From Eledone cirrhosa (lineage: Eukaryota), in NCBI GenBank assembly GCA_964016885.1, contig OZ024742.1, forward strand, positions 10,044,001-10,108,000: a DNA stretch of 64,000 nucleotides, read 5' to 3'. Shown here one piece after another: positions 53,545 to 64,000 of the stretch (position 1 is the first letter of the stretch; the number at the start of each line of letters is the position of its first letter). The notes beneath the pieces were generated by a model, which had not been told where the DNA came from, searched no databases, and worked only from the letters and a program-made list of their open reading frames with translations. The translations under genes and the position numbers were made by a program.

Positions 53545-55100
53545 TTCTTTATTTGCCACAAGGGCGCACGAGAAAAGTGGACAATACAAAGACACATGCC
53601 AGGTATTTTACATACAGTCGTGTAAAAATATTATTAAAACAAACAAATTTAACAATCGTAACGCCTCTCCCCGACAGGGGAGAGGCGTTACAAATGGGTT
53701 GTTTAATACTCCGCCGATAGAACAACCCTCAACTTCAGGAGCGTGTTGTGCAAGTGCTCTTTCTTCCTTTTGCTCTCTTCTTCAACCTACAGGTTTATAT
53801 ACAGAGAAGGCCCGATTACTCGGGCCATTTTTGCTGCATTCATCCACCTTTCAATTAATTTACTGGGGTGCAGTGCCTCTCTCTCCACTCTGATTCTCCT
53901 TCTAAAGTGATACCTAAAGAAGGGAATGAGTTGTCCGGAAAGAAAGGTATCTGTCCTCAGTCATCTCAATCTCGTCCACCATATAACCTCTTTCACCATA
54001 GCCACTATACAGAGGAAAACCACCTCTCTTTCGTTTTTGAAAGAGGTTGGCGGTTTGATCCTTACTATGGACTCGGCAGTCAACTGGATCTGTCCCATAC
54101 GCGACAGCAGTTGTTCTGCGTAGTTCCACAGGTGGTTACGCCCGGGCAGTGTACAATTGCGTGCAGGACTGTTTCAATGTCCTGCGCGCATCTTGGACAC
54201 GTCCTTTTGGAAGGATTCCTTCCGGGGCGTCCGTGCCTGTAGATCTTGTCTCGAACTGGTAGAGCTCCTCGGTAGCACTGACAGGCCAGGGACATCTGGA
54301 AGTTGTCCATAGGTCCCGGGCGGAAAGTCCTACCAAACAGACTGGTGAACTCGTCGTCTTCGACGCCCAGAGTCTCTCCGAGCACGTTGTCGCCCATGTG
54401 ACGTATTAACCCTCTATAGAATGTCGAAGTGGAGTCTCCATTGATTGCTGTACCCGCTTGACAGAGGACTGTGAGCGCCTGAGCGCATTCACTGTGCCAG
54501 GCTTTTTCGGTCTGCGCTTGACCCAGGACTGCAGCTCCGTCAGCGAGACAAGTTGCTGGAAGGCCTGTCTCACAAACGGTGCCCACACCGGTTGGTCGGT
54601 GAGGAATACCTGGAGATGCCGTAGCCTCAGCGCATGTTTTCGCCTCATCAGCCACGGCATTCCCAGCCCTCCGTTGGAAGGGTGCTGACTGCAGACGGAT
54701 CTCCTCACCAGTGGAGCCTGCTTCTTCCAAAGGAACTGGAAGAGCATGCGCTCAATCTTGGTGAGGTGTTCACGGGGACAAGGCACGATGGTCAAGCGGT
54801 AGTAGATGACGGACGCTATGAAAGTGTTCGCCACCTCGTTTCAAGGATAGATCGTACTCTTCCCACTTCTGGGTGAGCGCAAATATCTTGGCCGTGACCT
54901 CGTTCCAGTTTTTCTCCACCTGGAGGTCCGGACCGAACCAGACCCCGAGCAATTTCACCGGTCCTTCCGTCCAGCGTCTGACGACACTGTCGGACGGCAT
55001 CGGTTTGCCTCTCCACGTTCCGAGTTGCAAACCGACAGACTTGTCCTGGTTCAGTTTTGCTCCTGTAAACCTTTCGTATTCCTGCAGTAAGTTGCCGAAC
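53446..55100 (-). mobile_element. Tx1 LINE, 5'-truncated, distinct subfamily (copy T5)
   Basis: Frameshifted RT thumb and C-terminus, a distinct 3' UTR, and a long (GATA)n tail at 53446-53543. Confidence 0.92.
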
Positions 55101-55497
55101 GATATCTTTATTTGCCACAAGGGCGTACAAGAAATGGGACATTACAAGACGTGACGGTCGGGTTTTTAATAAAAGTCGTATGAACTTTATCATTAATAAA
55201 TAACAATAAACTATATATTAAAAAATTAACAATCGAAATCCCAAATAGGGCGGAACGTTACTGCAGGGTTGTTTTACACCCCGTGGATAGAACAATCTCA
55301 ACACCAGGAACACGTTTTGTAGGTGTTCTCGTCTTCCCTCTTTTTGTCTTTCTCAACCTACAGGTTTATATACAGACAAGGCCATTCACTCGGGACATTT
55401 TCGCCATTTTCACCAGCCTTTTGGCGAATTTACTGGGGTGTAACACCACTCTCACCATTCTCACCTTCCTCTGAAGTGGTACTTAAAGAAGGGGATG
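55101..55497 (-). mobile_element. Tx1 3' fragment (copy T6, same subfamily as T3)
   Basis: gatatctttatttgccac 3' end, then the 3' UTR and last ORF2 codons. The 5' end abuts (GATA)n. Confidence 0.88.
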
Positions 55498-58400
55498 TAG
55501 ATAGATAGATAGATAGATATATAGATAGATAGATAGATAGATAGATATGTTTTTTATTAGCCACAGGGGCACAAAAGAAGGGGAAAAGTACAAAGGGGGA
55601 AGTTTACATACAATACAAACGTGTAAAATGTTATAACAAATGCAATTTAAAAAGTTAGTCGATTTTCCCCAATAGGGGGAGACAGTTCATATGGGTAACA
55701 CATACCCCCGAAAAAATGTGCAACCCTCAACTCCAGGAGTACGAAGAGTTTGTACTCCTTTCCTCTCCTCCTCCTTTTCCTCAACCTACAGGCTGATATA
55801 GAGAGAAGGCCCATTCACTCGGGCCATTCTCGCCACTTCCACCCATCCTTCATAAAACTTGCTGGGGTACAGCACCTCTCTCTCCATCCTGATTCTTCTT
55901 CCAAAGTGGTATTTGAAAAGAAGAACCAGTTGTTGGCCGGAGAGAAAGGTGACTGACCTCAGCCCTTTCAACCTTGTCCACCATACAACCTCTTTCGCCA
56001 TAGCTATCACACAAAGGAAAACCGCCTCTCCTTCGTTTTTGAAGGAGGGTGGCGGTTTGATCATGACAATGGACTCGGTGGTCAACCGGATTGGTTCCAC
56101 CCGCGACAATAGTCGTTCTACATAGCCCCACAGGTCAGTGACGTCCGGGCAGTGTATGAATGCGTGCGCGGCGGTTTCTTCGTTACGCACGCACCTCGGA
56201 CAGATCTTTTTTGCAGGGTCCCTGCCCGGGCGCCCATGTCTGTAGAGCTTGTCTCGAACTGGTAGAGCTCCTCGGTATCACTGCCAGGCCAGGGACTTTT
56301 GGAAGTTGTCCATCGGTCCCGGGCGGAAGGTCCTACCGAACAGACTGGCCAGTTCATCTTCCTCTACGCCTAGAGTTTCACCGAGCGCGTCGTCGCACTT
56401 GCTGCGGAACAACCTTCTATAGAATGACGAAGTGGAGTCTCCACTGATCGCCGGGTCCGCCTGCCAGAGGGCTGTGAGCGCCTGAGCACATTCGATGTGC
56501 CAGTCGCCCATTTTCCTCGGTCTTTGCTTGACCCAGGACTGCAGCTCGGTGAGCGAGACGAGTCGTGGGAAGGCTCGCCTCACGAACGGGGCCCACACCA
56601 GTTGTCCGGTGAGGAATACGTAGAGATGCCGCAGCCTGAGCGCGTGTTTGCGCATCGTCAACTACGGCATCCCCAGCCCTCCGTTAGAAGGGTGTTGGCA
56701 GCAGATGGATCTTCTCACCAAAGGAGCCCGCCTCTTCCAAAGGAATTGGAAGAGCGCGCGCTCCATTTTGGCGAGCTTCTTGGCTGGAGAAGGCACGACG
56801 GTCAAGCGGTAGTAGATGGCGGACGCTATAAAAGTGTTCGCCACCTCCGCTCGACCTTTCAAGGATAGTTTGCACTCGGCTCACTTCTGGGTGAGTGCAC
56901 ACACCTTGGCCGACACCTCGTTCCAGTTCTTCTCCACCTGGAGGTCCGGACCAAACCAGACCCCGAGCAGCTTTACTGGTCCTTCCGTCCATCGCCCGAC
57001 GACGCCATTGGAAGGCATCGTTTTGCCTCTCCACGATCCGAGTTGCAAACCGATGAACTTGTCCCGGTTCAGCTTCGCTCCTGTGAACCTTTGCGAGGCG
57101 CTCGACACCATTACTGTCACGTCGTCGGCGTAGGCCGACGCCGCTTTCCATAGTCCCGGTTCCAGAGGGATGCCCTGAAATAGCTCCAACTTCCGCAGTA
57201 GTGGCTCGAGAGTCAATACGTACAGAAGGGAGGAGAGAGGGCATCCCTGTCGAATGGATCGCGTGATATGGAACGGCTCCGAGAGGTATACGTTCACCTT
57301 AACCCTTGAGCAGATCTTGATGTTACGCATTGCAGCAATTCAGCCCCTGAACACGGGTCCGAAACCTGCCGCCTCGAGCACCGCATCCAGGTAACGATGG
57401 TCAACCCTATCGAAAGCCTTAGACTGATTCAAGTTGATCAGGGCCCTACCGAAGCCGGGTTTACACCCTGCCCTCTCTATGATGTATCGCATGAGGTGGA
57501 GGTTGTTGTGTATGGACCTGGTCGGGATTGCGCATGTCTGCGCTTCTCCCACCAGGTTCTCGATGTAAGCGCCAGCCTCTTTGCCAACACCTTGGCCAAA
57601 ATCTGTAATTATGTGTTTAGCAGAGTTATGGGTCGGAAGTTACCTATGTCATCCCCCTTATTCTCGTCCTTCCTGACTAGTGTGACTACGCCCCCAGTCA
57701 CAAAACTGGGAATTCTCCCGTTCTGTTGCCAGTTGCAGTAGACCGCTTCCAGGAGACCGGAGAATAAGTCCGGCATTGCTACGTAAAATTCGTAGGGTAG
57801 ACTATCGAGACCTGGAGATTTGCGTTTGCCGCATTGGCTCAACGCGTCCCCTATCTCAGCGGTTGAAATCGGCTTTTCGCAGAACTTCGCCCCGCTGTCC
57901 GAGAGACGCGGTAGGCCGTCGAGGTATGGACCGAATTCCATAGCCCCTCCCGGCGCGCCACCCTGCCCGAACAGCTGAGCAATATGCCGCTGAAACCCGC
58001 ACACATCTTCTTCGGCTCACGTATCACCCGTCCGTTTTGGTCCTTCAAAGACCGAATCGTGGACTTGTTGCCACTTTTGCCTCCGTCTCTCGGGCCCAGC
58101 TAACAGCTTTGGCTCCTTCGTTTCCCAGAGCACGTATTTTGCTTCTGACAACGCAGCCCTCATGCTTTGCGTCGAAGAACTGGTCCAAGGCCGTTCTCGT
58201 TGCTAGCACGCTGGCTACGTTGCCACTTCTAATTGCCTCTTCTACTTCATCTACCAGTTCTTTCTCGGTTCTATTTCTATCTAACGCTAATTATTTACTA
58301 AAAACTAACGAGTCTAATCTAACTGCCCTCTTGAGAGAGTACCACCATCTATTGTTGACAATGGCCCCTGTCAAGTGCTGTTTAACTAAATTGCTAATCC

Positions 58401-59000
58401 GTCTACTGTAGGCTTTGCATGTCGGTAACGACAAGTTCAGCTTCCACTAGTCGGGTCCTTGTCTATGGGTTCTATGAAGGTTGAGCATGCAGGTCACTAG
58501 TTTGTGATCTGAATAGGCAACATGAACATTTGTGGACAGCTTAACATGTCCCTAGCCTTATTTCTAACTAGAACCCTATCTAGTTACGATCTAGATGTTC
58601 CGCTAAGATTAGTACACGTCCACAGTGGCACAGTCGGAAAATCTAGTCGATATCTATCGGCCAGGTCAAATCGGCCGATTAACTGTTTGAGGATGTTACA
58701 CCCCCCCCCCCTTTATCGGGACATTCTCCCACAGTCCCAACGTGAATCTAGGATTCCATTCCAGTCCCCCATTAAAATCAAGGAGCGGGGCGTTCCCAGA
58801 AAAGTCTCTAGACGTTTGAAGAAGTCTGGCCGCGGTGTCCCGAATGGGGCATATGCGGCCACCAGCCTGAGAGATCTATCTTCACTACCGTCAATGTCTA
58901 GGACCACCAGTCGACCCTCCGGGTCCAGATGTACCGTCTGTGTTACGAGGCCCAGGTGTTTCCGCAGCAAAACGGCAACCCCGGTTGACAGAGATATGCG
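55498..59000 (-). mobile_element. Tx1 LINE truncated within the APE domain, heavily mutated (copy T7)
   Basis: Fragmented ORF2 (55786-58990) collinear with T8. Confidence 0.93.
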
Positions 59001-59012
59001 TAGATAGATAGA

Positions 59013-59046
<34 letters not shown>

Positions 59047-62000
59047 TTCTTTATTAGCCACAGGGGCACAAAAGAAGGGGACAAATACAAAGGGGGAAGT
59101 TTACATACAATAAAAACGTGTAAAATGTTATCACAGATGGAATTTAAAAGTTAGTCGATTTTCCCCAATAGAGGGAGACAGTTTATATGGGTAACACATA
59201 CCCCCGAAAAAAAATGTGCAACCCTCATCTCCAGGAGTACGAAGAGCTTGTACTCCCTTCCTCTCCTCCTCCTTTTCCTCAATCTACAGGCTGATATAGA
59301 GAGAAGGCCCATTCACTCGGGCCATTCTCGCCACTTTCACCCACCTTTCATAAAACTTGCTGGGGTACAGCACCTCTCTCTCCATCCTGATTCTTCTTCC
59401 AAAGTGGTATTTGAAAAAAAGAATCAGTTGTTGGCCGGAGAGAAAGGTGTCTGACCTCAGCCCTTTCAACCTTGTCCACCATACAACCTCTTTCGCCATA
59501 GCTATCACACAAAGGAAAACCGCCTCTCCTTCGTTTTTGAAGGAGGGTGGCGGTTTGATCATGACAATGGACTCGGTGGTCAACTGGATTGGTCCCACCC
59601 GCGACAATAGTCGTTCTACATATCCCCACAGGTCAGTGACGCCCGGGCAGTGTATGAATGCGTGCGCGACGGTTTCTTCGTCTCGCACGCACCTCGGACA
59701 GATCTTTTTTGCAGGGTCCCTGCCCGGGCGCCCATGTCTGTAGAGCTTGTCTCGAACTGGTAGAGCTCCTCGGTAGCACTGCCAGGCCAGGGACTGTTGG
59801 AAGTTGTCCATCGGTCCCGGGCGGAAGGTCCTACCGAACAGACTGGCCAGTTCATCTTCCTCCACGCCTAGAGTTTCACCGAGCGCGTCGTCGCACTTGC
59901 TGCGGACCAACCCTCTATAGAATGACGAAGTGGAGTCTCCACTGATCGCCGGGTCCGCCTGTCAGAGGGCTGTGAGCGCCTGAGCACATTCGATGTGCCA
60001 GTCGCCCATTTTCCTCGGTCTCTGCTTGACCCAGGACTGCAGCTCGGTCAGTGAGACGAGTCGTGGGAAGGCTCGCCTCACGAACGGGGCCCACACCGGT
60101 TGTCCGGTGAGGAATACGTAGAGATGCCGCAGCCTGAGCGCGTGTTTGCGCATCGTCAACCACGGCATCCCCAGCCCTCCGTTAGAAGGGTGTTGGCAGC
60201 AGATGGATCTTCTTACCAAAGGAGCCCGCCTCTTCCAAAGGAATCGGAAGAGGGCGCGCTCCATTTTGGCGAGCGTTTTGGCTGGACAAGGCACGACGGT
60301 CAAGCGGTAGTAGATGGCGGACGCTATAAAAGTGTTCGCCACCTCCGCTCGACCTTTCAAGGATAGTTTGCACTCGGCCCACTTCTGGGTGAGTGCAAAC
60401 ACCTTGGCCGTCACTTCGTTCCAGTTCTTCTCCACCTGGAGGTCCGGACCAAACCAGACCCCGAGCAGCTTTACCGGTCCTTCCGTCCAGCGTCCGACGA
60501 CGCCATCGGAAGGCATCGGTCTGCCTCTCCACGATCCGAGTTGCAAACCGATGGACTTGTCCCGGTTCAGCTTCGCTCCTGTGAGACTTTCGTATTCCTT
60601 TAGTAAGGTGCCGACTTTCTCGATTTGCGAGGCGCTCGACACCATTACTGTCACGTCGTCGGCGTAGGCCGACGCCGCTTTCCGCAGTCCCGGTTCCAGA
60701 GGGATGCCCTGCAATAGCTCCAGCTTCCGCAGTAGTGGCTCGAGAGTCAGTACGTACAGAAGGGAGGAGAGAGGGCATCCCTGTCGAATGGATCGCGTAA
60801 TATGGAACGGCTCCGAGAGGTAACCGTTCACCTTGACCCTTGAGCAGATGTTGCTGTTGTGCATTGCAGCAATCCAGCCCCTGAACACGGGTCCGAAGCC
60901 TGCCGCCTCGAGCACCGCATCCAGGTAACGATGGTCAACCCTATCGAAAGCCTTAGACTGATCCAAGTTGATCAGGGCCCCACCGAAGCCGGGTTTACAC
61001 CCAACCCTCTCTATGATGTATCGCATGAGGTGGAGGTTGTCGTGTATGGACCTGGTCGGGATCGCGCATGTCTGCGCTTCTCCCACCAGGTTCTCGACGA
61101 CAAGCGCCAGCCTCTTTGCCAACACCTTGGCCAAAATCTGTAACTCTGTGTTTAGCAGAGTTATGGGCCGGAAGTTGCCTATGTCATCCCCCTTATTCTC
61201 GTCCTTCCTGATTAGTGTGACCACGCCCCCGGTTACAGAACTGGGAATTCTCCCGTTCTGTTGCCAGTTGCAGTAGACCGCTTCCAGGAGACCGGAGAAT
61301 AAGTCCGGCATTGCTGCGTAAAATTCGTAGGGTAGACCGTCGAGACCTGGAGATTTGCGTTTGCCGCATTGGCTCAGCGCGTCCCCTATCTCAGTGGCTG
61401 AAATCGGCTTTTCGCAGAACTTCGCCTCGCTGTCCGAGAGTCGCGGTAGGCCGTCGAGGTATGGACCGAAATCCATAGCCTCTCCCGGCGCGCCGCTCCC
61501 CCCGAACAGCCGAGCAAAGTGCCGCTGAAAAGCCGCACACATCTGCTTCGGCTCACGTATCACGCGTCCGTTTTGGTCCTTCAAAGACCGAATCGTGGAC
61601 TTGTTGCCACTTTTTGCCTCCGTCACTCGGGCCCAGCTAACAGCTTTGGCTCCCTCGTTTCCCAGAGCACGTATTTTGCTTCTGACAACGCAGCCCTCGT
61701 GCTTTGCGTCGAAGAACTGGTCCAAGGCCGTTCTCGTTGCTAGCACGCTGGCTACGTTGCCACTTCTAATAGCCTCTTCTACTTTATCTACCAGTTCCTT
61801 CTCGGTTCTATTTCTATCTAACGCTAATTCTTTACTAAAAACTATCGAGTCTAATCTAACTGCCCTCTTGAGAGAGTACCACCATCTGTTGTTGACAATG
61901 GCCCCTGTCAAGTGCTGTTTAACTAAAGTGCTAATCCGTCTACTGTAGGCTTTGCTTGTCGGTAACGACAAGTTCAGCTTCCAGTAGCCGGGTCCTTGTC

Positions 62001-62534
62001 TATGGGTTCTATCAAGGTTGGCCATGCAGGTCACTAGTTTGTGATCTGAATAGGCAACCATGAACATTTGTGGACAGCTTAACATGTCCCTATCCTTATT
62101 TCTAACTAGAACCCTATCTAGGTACGATCTAGATGTTCCGCTCGATTAGTCCACGTCCACAGTGGCGCAGTCGGAAAATCTAGTCGATATCTATCGGCCA
62201 GGTCAAATCGGTCGATTAACTGTTTGAGGCTGTTACACCCCCCTTTATCGGGACATGCTCCCACATAGTCCCAACGTGCATCTAGGATTCCATTCCAGTC
62301 CCCCACTAAAAGCAAGGAGCGGGACGTTCCCAGAAAAGTCTCTAGACGTTTGAAGAAGTCTGGCCGCGGTGTCCCGGATGGGGCATATGCGGCCACCAGC
62401 CTGAACGCTCCACCTTCACTACCGTCAACGTCTAGGACCACCAGTCGACCCTCCGGGTCCAGATGTACCGTCTGTGTTACGAGGCCCAGGTGTTTCCGCA
62501 GCAAAACGGCAACCCCGGTTGACAGAGATATGCG
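59001..62534 (-). mobile_element. Tx1 LINE truncated within the APE domain, nearly intact ORF2 (copy T8)
   Basis: 128-aa, 707-aa and 208-aa ORFs are separated by one 1-bp deletion (about 62140) and one TGG>TGA stop (59962). Confidence 0.95.
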
Positions 62535-62546
62535 TAGATAGATAGA

Positions 62547-62584
<38 letters not shown>

Positions 62585-64000
62585 TTCTTTATTAGCCACA
62601 GGGGCACAAAAGAAGGGGACAAATACAAAGGGGGAAGTTTACATACAATAAAAACGTGTAAAATGTTATCACAGATGGAATTTAAAAGTTAGTCGATTTT
62701 CCCCAATAGAGGGAGACAGTTTATATGGGTAACACATACCCCCGAAAAAAAATGTGCAACCCTCATCTCCAGGAGTACGAAGAGCTTGTACTCCCTTCCT
62801 CTCCTCCTCCTTTTCCTCAATCTACAGGCTGATATAGAGAGAAGGCCCATTCACTCGGGCCATTCTCGCCACTTTCACCCACCTTTCATAAAACTTGCTG
62901 GGGTACAGCACCTCTCTCTCCATCCTGATTCTTCTTCCAAAGTGGTATTTGAAAAAAAGAATCAGTTGTTGGCCGGAGAGAAAGGTGTCTGACCTCAGCC
63001 CTTTCAACCTTGTCCACCATACAACCTCTTTCGCCATAGCTATCACACAAAGGAAAACCGCCTCTCCTTCGTTTTTGAAGGAGGGTGGCGGTTTGATCAT
63101 GACAATGGACTCGGTGGTCAACTGGATTGGTCCCACCCGCGAAATAGTCGTTCTACATATCCCCACAGGTCAGTGACGCCCGGGCAGTGTATGAATGCGT
63201 GCGCGACGGTTTCTTCGTCTCGCACGCACCTCGGACAGATCTTTTTTGCAGGGTCCCTGCCCGGGCGCCCATGTCTGTAGAGCTTGTCTCGAACTGGTAG
63301 AGCTCCTCGGTAGCACTGCCAGGCCAGGGACTTTTGGAAGTTGTCCATCGGTCCCGGGCGGAAGGTCCTACCGAACAGACTGGCCAGTTCATCTTCCTCC
63401 ACGCCTAGAGTTTCACCGAGCGCGTCGTCGCACTTGCTGCGGACCAACCCTCTATAGAATGACGAAGTGGAGTCTCCACTGATCGCCGGGTCCGCCTGCC
63501 AGAGGGCTGTGAGCGCCTGAGCACATTCGATGTGCCAGTCGCCCATTTTCCTCGGTCTCTGCTTGACCCAGGACTGCAGCTCGGTCAGTGAGACGAGTCG
63601 TGGGAAGGCTCGCCTCACGAACGGGGCCCACACCGGTTGTCCGGTGAGGAATACGTAGAGATGCCGCAGCCTGAGCGCGTGTTTGCGCATCGTCAACCAC
63701 GGCATCCCCAGCCCTCCGTTAGAAGGGTGTTGGCAGCAGATGGATCTTCTTACCAAAGGAGCCCGCCTCTTCCAAAGGAATCGGAAGAGGGCGCGCTCCA
63801 TTTTGGCGAGCGTTTTGGCTGGACAAGGCACGACGGTCAAGCGGTAGTAGATGGCGGACGCTATAAAAGTGTTCGCCACCTCCGCTCGACCTTTCAAGGA
63901 TAGTTTGCACTCGGCCCACTTCTGGGTGAGTGCAAACACCTTGGCCGTCACTTCGTTCCAGTTCTTCTCCACCTGGAGGTCCGGACCAAACCAGACCCCG
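62535..64000 (-). mobile_element. Tx1 LINE nearly identical to T8, running off the window (copy T9)
   Basis: Offset about 3538 bp from T8. The 3' UTR appears identical. Confidence 0.95.

Noticed and set aside
53446-53597. N-terminus of the 717-aa ORF (SIYL repeats) as a real fusion protein
   Set aside because: Chance read-through from the T5 3' UTR and (TATC)n tract into truncated T4 ORF2.

Overview
Repeat-dense eukaryotic DNA with no confidently identifiable host gene. The abundant (TA)n/(CA)n/(GA)n tracts and the tRNA-headed SINE family suggest an octopod cephalopod genome, which is an inference. Main content: (1) two head-to-tail clusters of L1/Tx1-clade LINEs on the minus strand (1032-7361 and 51185-64000; nine copies from several subfamilies, one apparently full length), with copies joined through (GATA)n tracts, suggesting GATA/TATC-microsatellite targeting; (2) a decayed CRE-clade, restriction-like-endonuclease LINE (about 8010-10860); (3) a 6.8-kb array of a 31-bp satellite and a 53-bp minisatellite, both apparently amplified from the same segment of the SINE; (4) a 445-bp non-coding repeat with a type I hammerhead ribozyme in each of three copies, one inverted (retrozyme-like, 37391-38770); (5) a decayed Penelope-like element (RT plus GIY-YIG) with a hammerhead-bearing terminal repeat and an inverted 5' copy (39325-42909), plus further orphan hammerhead motifs; (6) many SINEs, mini- and microsatellites. 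Most long ORFs in the supplied track are artefacts of simple repeats. All alignments, folds and counts were done by eye.
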